The translations under genes were made by a program, and so were the position numbers. Source: Zootoca vivipara (Eukaryota). From it: DNA of 64,000 nt. Of this stretch, positions 16,101 to 30,087 are shown piece after piece (positions within the stretch are counted from its first letter, which is position 1; each line of letters starts with the position of its first letter). The notes under the pieces are model-generated. The model was given only the letters and a program-made list of their open reading frames with translations. It made no database searches and was not told the DNA's origin. The stretch lies in the NCBI RefSeq assembly GCF_963506605.1, contig NC_083278.1:104904001-104968000 (forward strand), written 5' to 3'.

Positions 16101-19100
16101 GCCAGCTTCCCTGGAAATCTGTAAACACTACCTCCAAGGAGATTGCAGGTTTGGATCAAGATGCAAGTTCAGGCATGAAACTCGAAACAAGCAAAAAGGC
16201 CTTCCGAGCGTCAAGGAAGATGCTCATCTCAGAGTTAATGCTCCTGTTTATGAACTTGAAATAAGATTTCCTGAGGATAACAAATACCCTTATCAGCCGC
16301 CCCTTGTGGCATTCTATACTACTAATGAGAAGCTGCCATTGGCTTGCCGGTTGCACATTGCTGAATTCCTTTATGAAAAGGCCATAATATCGTCGGAGTC
16401 TAACGAACCTGTTGTTTATGCTTTTATAACAAGCCTAGAGGATGAAGCTGAAGTAACAAAATTGCTTAGTAAGACTTCTCACAGATACAGTGCTCCTCCT
16501 TTGCCTCTGGGAACACCCTTGTCAAGTACAGATGTTCATAAGCAAGAGATGCCTAGCAGCTCTCATGTTCCTTCCCGGATTTCAGAAGGTATATACTACT
16601 TCATAAGTCCTTATTGAAACTAGTGCAGATATTAAGAAACAGGCTGTGTACGCAGTTTTGAGGGTGTAGGTTCTGCTCCCAATCAATATTTCTAGAGCAC
16701 AGCATGTATTTCACACAAGTAGGTGTGTGAAAATGAATAAAAACTGTTACAAAAAAAGATAATAATTAAAAAGTAATTAACCACAAATAGAATTAATAGA
16801 TTTTTAATTCTATTAAAACTACAAATAATAACAAAAATAAAAATATCACAGTACCAGCCCTTTTAAACTTTAAAACTATGTCTTTGAGTTAGTGGAATCA
16901 TTGCAATAAAGATTTCAATGTCATGTAAAATGAAACCACAAAATACCAGTCACAGAATTTCATTATTCTCCAGTTGGGATACAATACTAGGTTAAAATAC
17001 TTTAAGAGAATAATCTCTGGATAAATGAAATCCTATCATATATACTAATAGTAAGCACATGCTCTAGGTGTCTGTCCTTATGTAGCACCACTCACAAACT
17101 TGAGGAACCCTAAATCTTTGGGGAGGGAAAAGTGAGGGAGCAATAAAACTTCAAATAGCTCAGCCAATGATGACTAAGCATAATCTGGGGGAAGAGAGAG
17201 CTGTCTTGGGGGTGGGGGGGTGGGGTGGGCAGGGCTGAATGGAGAAGCCAGGAGAATAGAGTACTGTACCCTGGAAGAAGTTGGGCTGGAATCCTGAACA
17301 GGAGCAATACAACACTGCCACATTTTGTTGTGGGTCACACTTGAAGCCTGCTATAAATATTTCTAACTTTTTAAAATCTAACTTGGTACAATTTTATAAA
17401 AGATACCTTTGATATTTGGGGGAGATTTTTGCACATGCATGCACGCACACACACACACACAGAGTGTATATATGAATAAAGAAATAATAGGCAGATATTT
17501 AGTCAGGAAGATAATACTGTACAGGTGGGGACAACAATTGAGAGCTGTGAAAATAGGATTGTTTTCCTTTATAGCAAATATATGGGTCAGTTGGCGAATG
17601 AAGAAAGCTGCAAGGCCTGGAGTGGGGGTGAGGAGCCTTGGAAATGAATAAATTATATTGTAAGATGAAAAGCCTAATTAAAAACGAATCTCTCTCTCTA
17701 TATATATATTTCTATTTACATTAATGAAGGAGACCGCTTCAGATGAGTTGTCCTCTCCAACTTAATGGAAAATTCTTGCCAGTAAGAGATTTGTGTGTCA
17801 GTGAGAGAGTGTTTATTTTTAGCTCAGAACATAAATCCATACTGAAGCATAATAGATGGGCAAAGAAAAATGCCCATAAAAACTATAGATGAAGCAGCAC
17901 ATAAGCAGCGAGTTAAAAAAATAGCAGCTAAAACCAGTTAAAAGATTCTATGCTCCACTTGAAGTCCGTGAGTACAAGAAGGATTCTGTGCAGTACCGTA
18001 CCTTTGTTAACTACTGTACAACACTTGCCTAAATTTGCCTGCCTTGTGTCCATTATTGGCTGTTTCCTGTTATACTATATTTGCTCACAACACTGTGGCA
18101 CAAGTGAAGCAAATTTTAAAACAGTTGGCCTGATACAAAATGAAAGGGTGTGGGAAATGCTGCTGTGGGAAACTTTTACAACAAAAGGAAACAATACTAG
18201 GATGTTTTGAAAATGCAGGTGAATTCAGAAGGGAGTGACTTGGACAGCTGCAGTACACAGTTGTAGGGGGAGAGTGTGAGAAAACAGAATAGTGGTATCT
18301 TACAGTGAAATGTTATTCTTGTCAGGAATTTTGCTCTGTGAAGGCTTGTAGCTTAGTGGCAAATAACATATTTTGTGTGGACAAAGATTTAATTTCTCGC
18401 ATCTCCCAATAAGGCTGGAAAAGACTGTTGTCTGAAACTCTGGAAAGTTACTGCCAGTTATTGTAGACACTTCTGGGCTTGGTGGTCCAAGGCAACTTTC
18501 CAGGTTCCAGAGGTCAACTCATTACTAAGCCAGTAAAGACCTCATTCTAGCCTCTAGAATTGGCACTCCTGTGGCGAGTGGCCTGCCCAGTGACTATATT
18601 GTTTAGTTCAAGTCCTCATGTGAGTCCTTTATAACATATTGTCAGTTTCCTTGTCCCCAATCCATGTATGTGGTGACCCCTTGCAAGGGCAATGCATCAT
18701 GGGCAGAATTCACCATGGGAGATTTCCCAAAGAAAAGTGCCGCAGGTGATGGAGAACTCTGTTGCCAATGCATGCCAGTCCCTGTGATGAGGACAGCACA
18801 CTGGTTGGGAGCTCTGGTCCTCCAGACTTCAGCTCCCATCATCCGTTGCCAGCGTGGCCAATAGTCTGGGATTATGGGAGTTGCAGTACAGCAGCAACTG
18901 GAAGGCCACAGATATCTTCTCCTTGATCTAGTGAAATGTTATGTTATTAAAAAAAAACCCACCCCTGAAGACTGGTCAGTTAATGTTTCAGAATGGTGTT
19001 TGTTAAGATGTTTTCTGTTTTTAAGCAACTAAGGAGTTGGTGACTGAAGAGGAGGAGGACGAGGAGGACGAAGAGCTGCAGACAGTTCACATAGAGAAAG

Positions 19101-22100
19101 AGAGTTATGTGAATCTCAGGAAAAAGAAGTACCGCACATCAGCAGAGCCAACTTGCAAAGAAAATTATAAAATTTGCCGTCAGTTCAGGATAAAGAAGGT
19201 ACATATGTAACCCTCGGAAGATAAGTGGCAGAGTTACATTTATAACATATTTTCAGCTACTCTTTTTTTAAAAAAAAAACTATTTCCGTGTGTACATATA
19301 ATAGCTGTGGGGAGAAATTGATAGCAAAATCCAGGAGAGAATATTGAAGTTCTGGATATGCAGCATAGATCATAGAATCATAGAGTTGGAAGAGACCACA
19401 AGGGCCATCCAGTCCAACCCCCTGCCAGAACCCCAGGAAACACCAGAACCCTTAATATCTATATTTTCTTTTGTATTTAACACCATTTTATCTCAGAGTT
19501 GCTTCCTATGCTAGAATTTCTTGTATCTTGAAAAAAGATCTGTACAGTGGTACCTCGGGTTAAGAACTTAATTTGTTCCGGAGGTCCGTTCTTAACCTGA
19601 AACAGTTCTTAACCTGAGACACCACTTTAGCTAATGGGGCCTCCCACTGCCGCTGCGCCGCTGGAGCACAATTTCTGTTCTCATCCTGAAGCAAAGTTCT
19701 TAACCCAAGGTACTATTTCTGAGTTAGTGGAGTCTGTAACCTGAAGCGTATGTAACCCGAGCAGTTACATCTGTTTTCCTGGAAAGACTTGTATCTACAG
19801 AATTAATGGAAGACAGTCTAGAAACGTGTGCCTTCTCTGGGTGTGTGTGGACTACAGTATAGTAAACAAAGAAAGAAGTTCATGTAATTGTGGATCATAA
19901 ATTGAGCACTAACAGGCATCTACTGACCATCCACTTACATTTGTCAGTCTTCTAGACACTACCAGTCCCTATTGCAAGAACGACAGAAACTTCCTGCATG
20001 GGAAGAGAGAGAAACCATTCTTAACTTGCTGAACAAATATCAGGTCCTGGTTGTGAGCGGTATGACTGGGTAAGATATAAAACTGTCTGCACACTTGAAC
20101 ACCATGTTAATACTTACTATGTGAAAAGCAGTTTGTCTCTGCCTACAAAACTCAAAAGGGACCTTCAGGCAAGAAAAATGAGAGGGTTTGAAGTCAATAG
20201 TTGAAGTCAATAGTTACAGCAAAGTTTATCCTCCTGTTTATATCTGGCTTTCTGTCTCATCTAGGCTAAACTCTCCTCTCCCTCCCAACGGCTAGAGCAG
20301 ATGAGTTGAGATTAGGCAGAGAGAGAGAAAATAGTTGAAGGAGAAAAAAACCCAGGCAGTGTGCCTTCTTTCTTATAAGTGTTGAATTCAAGCTGTCTCG
20401 CATTTTATTGCCTGTAGAACAGGAATCTTCAGGGTTCTGAACTGGCAGAACTGGCATGCTCTGTATATAGAAGGTGCAGCATTTGCCCAGTTCTTAAGGA
20501 TGCATTCAAGACAACATGAACACTACAGAATACTAGTTACAGGTAGGTAGCCGTGTTGGTCTGAGTCGAAGCAAAATAAAAAAAAATTCCTTCAGTAGCA
20601 CCTTAAAGACCAACTAAGTTTATATTTTGGTATGAGCTTTCGTGTGCATGCACACTGTGCATCTGAAGAAGTGTGCATGCACACGAAAGCTCATACCAAA
20701 ATATAAACTTAGTTGGTCTTTAAGGTGCTACTGAAGGAATTTTTTTATTTTACTACAGAATACTGTTTGGAAACAGGGCTCAGCCTAAAGAACAAAGTGA
20801 AGTATGAGAGGTCTGGATGGTTCCATTCCTTCCCCTACTACATCCCCAATAAAATATTTATCAATTATCATTATTTAAGTTTGTATGCCACCTTTAACTT
20901 GAAGAGCCCAGGGCGGTTCACAGCAGAAAAACACAAAATGAGAATGCAAAATAAAAAACCAATAACTCTCCCTCCCACAAACACATTTAAAAAGCCATAG
21001 AATGTTAATCAGCCAAACGCCATAACAGCAAAAATCTATACATGTATACTCCAGAGTACCCCCCACTGAGAAAGTGGGATTTCCTCTCAGGTAGGCATGT
21101 ATAGGACTGCAACCTAAAGCTGATATACACAGTTCACGTGGAGAAAGATTAAGTCATCCAATTTCTATTATAGTTAATGACCATTTTACGCAGGGGTTCC
21201 ATTCCTGGCCTCCGTGTGTCTCAGCGGGGCACGTATAAGCACGCCCCGCCCCCGTTCCACCCTTTAAGTGACTTTTTATGTTTTTGGTCACTTCCAGGTT
21301 CAACATGCTTGCACATCTTTTGGATGTGTGCTAATCAGTCATTTCTTGTATGTTCTGTCGAAATTATAATTGTAAACACACATGAATGTAAAAGTCAAGT
21401 GAACAATGTGGTTCATTGATTTTGGACCTGATACCTTTAGAGCAGTGGCAGGGGAGTCACTTCCTGCCTGGGGTTGGATTCAAAGTTGTCCAACTTTGCA
21501 GGGGGCTGTAATGGTAAACATTACCAGCAGCAAAAGGGACGGGCTAAAATGGGCAAGGCAAAGAGAATGGCATCTTTTTACATACTTTATTTTATGTTCA
21601 TTGTACATAAAATACGTAAAATGTATGCAAGCTATGTAAAAGGTCAATCTAACACAGGGATCCCCAAACTTATCCGGCTTCGGGCCGGTTCCTCTGGTGC
21701 CAATCACGCGGCGGGCTGGAGGGCAGGGGAATGCGCTCCCATACGCGCGTGCACTTGTTTTTTCCAGTGCCGCGCCGGAAATGGCTTCTGCACATGCGCA
21801 GACGTCATTTTTGGTGCACCTCCGGGTCGGCACAGCACTAGAAATAGCTCGTGCGCATGCGTATGGGAGCACGTTCCTCCAGCCGCACGTGTGCACAAGC
21901 TGTTTATGGCACCACGCCAACCCATAGATGGGCAACCGCACCACGGCGCGCTGATAAGAGCGGCTGACAGCGGGGGCCACACAATTGGCTCGCGCGGGCC
22001 GCATCTGGCCCCCGGGGCCTTAGGTTGGGTACCCCTGATCTAACCCTAGGAAAGCTATGGGAGGTGGCAGGAGAAATTTATATATTTAATTGCAACATTC

Positions 22101-25100
22101 CACGTATAAGATGACCCCCAATTTTAAACGTAAAAAAGTTGGGGGGAAACACAGAAAAATATAGTATTTTTCTGTATTATACACAGAAAAATACAGTATT
22201 TACAAGTGATATCACATGATTGGTGGGAGAATGGAGTTGGGCAGAAATGTCATTGGTGGCCATTTGGAGGGACTGGGCAGGCCAAATTAGGCCTGGAGGT
22301 CAGAGAGTCTCCATCAAACCCAAGGTCTGACAAGTCCAATGTTTCATGGTCTCTGCCATGCCTTCAGCAAACTCATGCAAAGAAAATCTGAAAGATCTTG
22401 CAGGAGGCATTGTGGTTTGCCTACTGGAAGAGACCATATTCAACAAAACTTGACTCTTGGAATGAAATAAGATTTTGCTCCAATTTGGAGTCAGAAGAGT
22501 ATTTCTATACGGCTTGTCTACATTTCAGGTTTGGAATAAATAGTGCAGAAAATAATAGCTCCTGGCTTGAGCCGGTTTGTACAACTGCAATCTTTATTAG
22601 ACAATATTGTACAAAGATTGCTCCTTTTGATTTCTGTTATGTTAACAAGAGTTCTTCATTGGTGTTAGTCAGTGGGCAGATTCAATTTTACATTTATTTA
22701 AATGAATGAATATATAAATAGGAGACAGGAAGGTTTTTCCTTCAGGGTGAAATATAGCCCACCTTTTATTATAGTTTTTTTCATTTTATTGCCATTGTAT
22801 TCTATTGATTTGTTATTATATGAGATAGTCAGGCTGTCTCCTGCAACACCCCATAACATGTTGCTTGAGGGAGAGGAGAATTTTCTTTTTTATTTCATTC
22901 CTCTCCTTCATGCAGATGTGGAAAGACCACTCAGATTCCTCAGTTTATCTTGGATGCCTCCCTAGAAGGTCCTCCCAGTAATTTAGCCAACATCATCTGC
23001 ACCCAGCCTCGCAGGATCTCGGCCATTTCTGTGGCTGAACGTGTAGCCAAGGAGCGAACGGAGAGAGTTGGGGTCACAGTCGGATACCAAATTCGGCTAG
23101 AAAGCGTTATGGTTTGTTTGTTTTTACTTTGTTTTTATTCCAGTGACGGCACGGGTGCAAGCCAATAGACACTCACATCTATTTTTTTTCCCATTTCCCC
23201 CCTAGCAGTGAATTCCCACTGTTGTTGTTATTGTTTTATTAGTCCAAAGGGTAGACTTTTTTTTTCTAGCTGTGCTGGTGGGGAGAGTTGAGGGATAGTA
23301 TCAAGGGGCTATGCAAGAGCACTGGAGTGTTGCGCAGCTTCTGTTAATGTTTTTAAAAGAAACATGTTTTTAAAAAGAGAACAAACAAAGGCTGAACATC
23401 TCAGAAAGCTGACTTCTGTTCCGGGTACCAAAATCCATGAGTGTGCAGTATGTTGTAGGTATAGAATACTTGGAATCCTGGTAACACAAAGTGGCACAAG
23501 CTGAATTCAAAGCTAGTTTCTGAGAGAGTGACTGCTGCCAGAAATAGTCTCCGCTTTTAAATAACTTCTTTGTAAAAAGAAGAAGCTTGCTATTTCATTG
23601 TGATATTTGCTATGGGTCTCTGCCCCCCCCACCCAACTTTCCTGCTGAGAGGTAAGTGGATGGCTAATCAGTGACAAGGCCACCTTTGCTGTGGCACCCA
23701 GACTCTGGATTTCTCACCCTGGCACAGAGCTGATCTTTAAGCCCCAGTCAAAAGCTCTTCCGTTTGCCAAGTTGTTGGTGGCACTCAGTTGGTGATTAAT
23801 CTTTGTTTTGTTTTGAGCTGCTACATCTGCTTGTCGTTTTAGTGTCATTAGATTGTTTTACTGCTTGTTGTGCACAGGGCCGGCTCTAGGTATAGTCCCA
23901 GTGGCGCGGGGTGCCAGAGTGCCGGGCCGGTAGGCCGGGCACTGTGCGGCAAAGCCGCATGGAAGCCATGCTGTGCACTGCGAGGGCGGGGGCTCTGGAG
24001 CGATCTCCGCGCCTCAGCGCCAGGGCACCCGACCTGCTCGAGACTGCCCTGGTTGTGCACTGCTTTTCTGCACAAGAGAGGAGGAAGATGTGTCTGCTCA
24101 TTCCTAGTTCCCTCTACTATATTTGAAGGGATTGCAACATTATCTATGCACTGGCCCTTGATGTTTGCTGAACATGCTTTTCCAGGCAGTGACCAAACTA
24201 CAGCAAGGAATTTTAATCTGCTAATTTCCCATACAGTATTTTTACTTCTGCTATTCATAGGAAGGAACAACACACTTTTCTGGACAATATCCATGGAAAT
24301 CTGAATAAGGCACTAGAGTGTAATCTAAGCAGTGACAGTGATAGGATTAAATATGGGGAAGAAACTGATTTAGTTGGCGATCTTACTGTCAATTTCTATC
24401 TTCTTTCAAGTCTTCAGCTACCCGGTTGTTGTACTGTACTACTGGAGTGCTTCTGAGGAGGCTTGAAGGGGACATGAGTTTAAAAGGAGTCACCCATATT
24501 ATCGTTGATGAGGTTCATGAGAGAACAGAAGAAAGGTAACACAGCCTGTTGGTTTCACTTCTACTATTCATGTATTTCATATTTCCTCTCCTGCTCTTCT
24601 TACTCAAGTGTGGAATGCGAGTGGTTAAGAGTGTCTGAATAGGACCTGGGAGACCCAAGTTCAAATCTTAGCTTGCCATGGAACTTAGAGAGTGACTTTG
24701 GGCCACTCAGCCTAGCCTACCGCACAAGGGTAGTGGTGAGGATAAAGTGAAGAGGAAGGAAAGCCATGTTTGCCACCTTGAGCTACTTGGAGAGCAGGTG
24801 GGATATATATGTAATATATATTCTACAAAGTAAATACATGATTTACCCCTCTTCATCCATGCCATAACTCTGTAAAGTGAATTAGGCTGAGGGGTAGCAG
24901 TTTGTCAAATGTTTAGTCAGTGAGCTTTGCGGCAGAGTGGGGATTTGAACTCAGGTCTCCCCAGTCCTAGTCTGACACACTAATCCATCCTTCCCCAACC
25001 TGGTGCCCTCCAGATGTTGGTCTGCAACTGTCATCGGCTCTAGCCAGAACGGCCAGTGTGAACGGTTTTGGTAAATACCATATATTGCCTGAGAAACAGT

Positions 25101-28100
25101 ATGTTTGTTGGAACGGTAATAGATAAATGATGGTGGAAGTTGTAACCCATAATAACCCAGAGAGCATCTGCTTGGAAGAAGGCTGCGGTTAATTACAAAT
25201 CCACACTGATGACCATAATCTTGCTTGTTTTTGAATATATGGTGACATTACTTTAAAAATCCTTATATAGTGGTACCTTGGTTCTCGAACTTAATCTGTT
25301 TCAGGAGTCCATTTGACTCCCGAAACCGCTCAAAAACCAAGGTGCGGATTCCAGTTGGCTGCAGGAGCTTCCTGCACTCAAGCGGAAGCCGTGTCAGAAA
25401 TTCAGCTTCCGAAAAACATTTGCAAACCAGAACACTTACTTCAGAGTTTGCGGTGTTTGGGAGCCGATTTGTTTGACAACTAAGCCGTTCAGGAACCCAA
25501 GTACCACTGTAGGTCAGTAGTATCACTTCCAAATTGGCAGCTGACTTGAGGGCATATTTGAACTTTTACCTCCTCTACACTAGCTTCAGTGACCCATGAA
25601 CAATAATGTATCATTATTATACAATAATGCAGTAGTTATGAAAGAGAAACAAGTAGCCTGCTAAAGCTTCACCCCTAGATTTGGATATCCCATTAAAATA
25701 TCTGAAGCAGAAAATGCAGTAAATGCTGTGCGCCTAGTCCTTCATCCATAAATTCTAAGCTGATTAAATGTTTTGGTGGCTGTGATTTTATGCTGCAGAT
25801 ATGTGCTTTGAGAACATACCAGCATGTGTTGTAAAATTAACACACTCCAAAATACATCTGTTTGGTTGCATAGAGCTAGGATGTTGTTTCTCTCCCTCCA
25901 CTTCCACATTATGCAGATGAAGCTCGTTTGCCAGAGAGACAGAACTGAGCATTGTATTTTTGTCCCTCCCTGTGATTGTTGTTGTTTTTAATGAGGATAC
26001 ATGTGCTCATTTTTGTTTGTTATAAGAGAAAACTTAAAATAATAGTCTTGGGTTGCTCCCAGGACAGTAGTGGAGCTACAGGGAATTGCAGATGAACAGT
26101 GAAGAGCTTCAAATGTCTTTTCTTTATTTTCTCCAGTGACTTCTTGCTGCTGATTTTGAAAGATATAATGTCTCGGAGGCCAGACCTGCGCATTATAATG
26201 ATGAGTGCTACCCTGAATGCAGAGCTCTTTTCTCAGTACTTTAACTCCTGTCCTGTTGTTAGCATACCAGGTGAAAACCAGTGTCTCATTATTTTCATTA
26301 TCCATCTCTTTAGCCTCTCCAGATGTTATTGGACTCAACTTCCATCAGCCCCAGCTGGCACTGGAATCAGCTGGTAACATCTGGAAGGCCACAGGTCCCC
26401 CTACTCTGCTTCACAAGTTGCTTTTTATTGGTTAGCATTTTCTCCGTTCTAACCATTCTTAAACGGTTGATAATATTATCTCAGCAACATAGTTACTTAC
26501 TAAAAAATGTCTGAGTTCAGGAAAGTAAATTTTCAGAATGTAATTAGAGCCCTGTTGCACCAGGTCAAACTCCATTTAGTGATTGTTTCCCATGGTAGCC
26601 AGCTGCTGGGAAGTTCCCAAGCAGAACACAAAGGCATTATAAATACTTGCTTGTTGTTTGTTTTATTATACATTAGCTGCTGGTGCCTACTGGACACATA
26701 CATTTTTGTATCCTTACATTTAGCTATCTTGATTAGTCAACTGACAGTAACTCTACCTTCTTGGGTGGCTGGGTGGGAATCTGATTCATTTAACGAGTCG
26801 TCTCAGCTAAATCGCTCCAAAGATGTTAATATAAAAACTAAATAAGGCAGCCAAACATATAAGAATTATGTTATAAATAACAATATTTTGCATCATGTTC
26901 TGTCTTACATTCTGTCTCATATATAACATGCAACCTAAATACTATAAATGTGCTCTGTTTTTAGATTCAGTAGAGTACTGCTGAGGTGAAAATACCCCTC
27001 GGGACAGGTCAGATCAGATCAGAATAGGGTAATACTGAACTTCTTGTACAGCCGTTTTAGTGGCTCAAAGCACTTCATGTGCATTGTGTAGAGCAACAAA
27101 TTTGAGATGGTTTTTATTATACAATTTTGTATTGTTTTTATTTGAATGTGATCTGCCCTGAAATGAAGGGCAGGATAGACATCTTATAAATAAATAACTG
27201 TAACCCTTACTGACTTACTAAAACAACTGAGGTTGTTTCTTCATGTTGAAACATACCTCCACCCATTCCAGGCCTAAATCAAAAGCTTTGGTGCCCAAGC
27301 TGGAAAATCAATTTCCCTCTCCCTCTCACACATGCATACAGCTATGTGATTTTTAAAAGACATATGGGAAAGTTTTAGTGTTTGATGTTGTATTGTGATT
27401 TTACTATTTTTTTGTTGAGAGCCACCCTGAGTAGCTGGGGCAACCCAGTCAGATGGGTGGCATATAAATAATAATAATAATACATGTGAAGTACAATTCA
27501 CCTTTAAATTGCTGGGCTGTTCCCCATGGCTCAGATCTTGCCCTTTCCTCATACTGCTGTCCTTAATGTTGCCCAATCCTGCCACCTGAGGCAGCTGTCT
27601 CACTCTTCCTTGTGGTGTAGGTTGAAATATTGTTAAAACACAACCAACTTTTTTAGCTAATACAAGTAGGAATAGTGTATGGGTAGAAATGGAGGCGGTT
27701 CCATTCCTCTTACTCCAGTTTTGATGAAGTAATTTGCCTCTTCCTATATTACTGTGTTTCTCATCTCTTTTAGGTAGGACGTTCCCTGTTGATCAGTTTT
27801 TTATAGAAGACGCTATTGCAGTGACTCGGTAAGCTAGGAACCTCCAATGTCTATGGACACTTAGCATGCCTTATACATAAATTTGTACGACTGCTGTGTA
27901 TTCAGACATTTAAAAAAATTTCTTTGGGTTCTACCTTATTTAGGGCATAAGTGGCTTATAGAATAATGCTTTTATAGTGTAGTCTACTCTAATAGTCATC
28001 AGCAACAAACCATAGCGGGCTATTGTGTATGAGCTGAGAAAATGACGACTTGTGGAATCTAGGTATGCAAGCCTCAATTTGAACCGATTTGCTGCAAAAT

Positions 28101-30011
28101 CAGGAGAGAAACCAAGCACACAAACAGAGGAGAATGTCTCTGAGCAGAAGACTCATCCATGTGTAGCACCAAAGCATGGTTTGGCATTGCTTCTGTTGGA
28201 ATTCTGTCCTGTCGTGGAGCTTTACCACATGCCTTGAGAGTTGATGGCGCTCTTCAGCTCGTCAAGGGAGGGTCATCGAGCTCTTCCAAGACAGGCAGAG
28301 TCTGGATACTGTTGGTTGCTTTGTCAGAGACCATGTTGTACAGTTCTTTATAGTTCTCTGCCCATTGCTTCATCTGCTTGCTGTGGTCTGCGATGATCTC
28401 TCCTGACAAGGTTTCCAGCGGTGCAGTTTTCCTGACTGTTGGCCCAAAGGCTTCCTTCGTACCAAGATTTGTTCCTTGGGCAGTAGAATTGCAAGATGCG
28501 TAGAATATATACAGCCTCACCTAAAGTGAAGCTGCCTTATACATCGAGCTCAGTGATATATCTATATAGGCTGGCAATGGCTCTGCAGAGTTTCAGCCAG
28601 GAATCTTTCCCAGCCCTACCTGCAGATGCCAGGGATTGAACGTGGGATCTTTTTTCATGTTAAGCATGTGTGCTACCACTGAGCTAGAGCCCCTCCCCAA
28701 ATGCTCTGTGGGTATTAAGTGTGTCAGCCCACAAGGTCTAAGCAACTGCTTAGAGCAGTCAGCCTTCTAGAAAGCAAGGTTTGCAGATGGATTTCCCCCA
28801 TACCCTATTTCTCTGTTTACATTCAGGTATGTCTTGGAGCATGGCAGTCCATATATACGTCGAACAAAGCAAAGTGTGGACAAGAAAGCAAGACACCTGA
28901 GGACTGCTGCAGAGGAAGTAGAGGACGACCTAAGGCGTTCTGGCCTGGTGCAAAGTACAGTGGCTGTGGCTGCCAAAGATTCACTTCCAGACCAGCAACT
29001 AACATTCCAGCAGTTACTGATCCGCTACAAAGGTAATATTTATTTAATGTCCATTGCTCCCAATAATTTTTAAGAGTTTATTACAGTATTGGTAAACATA
29101 TTGTACATATGAATAGAAAGGCATTTTCAAACCTAGAAAGTTTGTGAGTTACATTTCACAACCTCAGGCATATAGCTCTAGTGCAGGGGTCCCCAGACTT
29201 ACTGGCGTTTGGGCCGGTTCCCACCGCGCCGATCGCGCGGCGGGCTGGAGGACAGGGGAGCGTGCGCCTGTGCGGGCCGGCGGGCGGGGGAGTGCGCGCC
29301 CGGCGCTTACTGGCGCGGCGGCGCGCTTCCAGGGTGGAAAAAGCGCCGAAAATCCGTTGTGCGCATGCGTATGGGCCTCCCCCGACCCGGAAGTGCACCA
29401 GAAATGACCTCTTCCGGGTCGGGAGAGGCCCATACGCATGTGCACAAAGGATTTTCGGCGCTTTTTTCCCGACCCGGAAGAGCGCTGCCGCGCTGCGTGC
29501 CGTAAGAGCGGGCGGCGGGGGTCGTCGCGGGCCGGATTGGCAGGCCAATTGGGCCGCATCCGGCCCCCGGGCCGTAGTTTGGGGACCCCTGCTCTAGTGC
29601 AAAGGTCTTGAGACCTGTATGTTGAGAGGTTTTCTGTTCTCTTGTCAGACAGACAGATAGATGCTCGATGCTCTTGTGAGAATTTATCATTGCACATGTT
29701 ACGAAGAATTTCTCATTGCACATGCTTACGAAGCATTCGTAAGGAGGGCGGTACGTAACACGAGGTTCCACTGTAATATAATGATGAATAGAAGCAATGA
29801 CCACACATACACTCAGTTTAAAAAGCCATAGATTGTTAAATTAGCCAAACGCCTCAGAGAAAAGGGTTGGTTTTGCCTGGTGCCTAAAGAAATGTAGCAA
29901 AGGGGCCAGGCGAGCCTCCAGAATGGGAAATTCCTCTAGTGTATGTGATTTTTCCTGTGTGCAGCTGGAGGTACTGAATCATGGCCAAAATGTTTTTCTT
30001 TGGAGGGAATG

Positions 30012-30087
<76 letters not shown>

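Noticed and set aside
15748-16617. 289-aa ORF as a stand-alone gene
   Set aside because: It is DHX57 coding exon 4 (15774-16588) plus intronic flanks.
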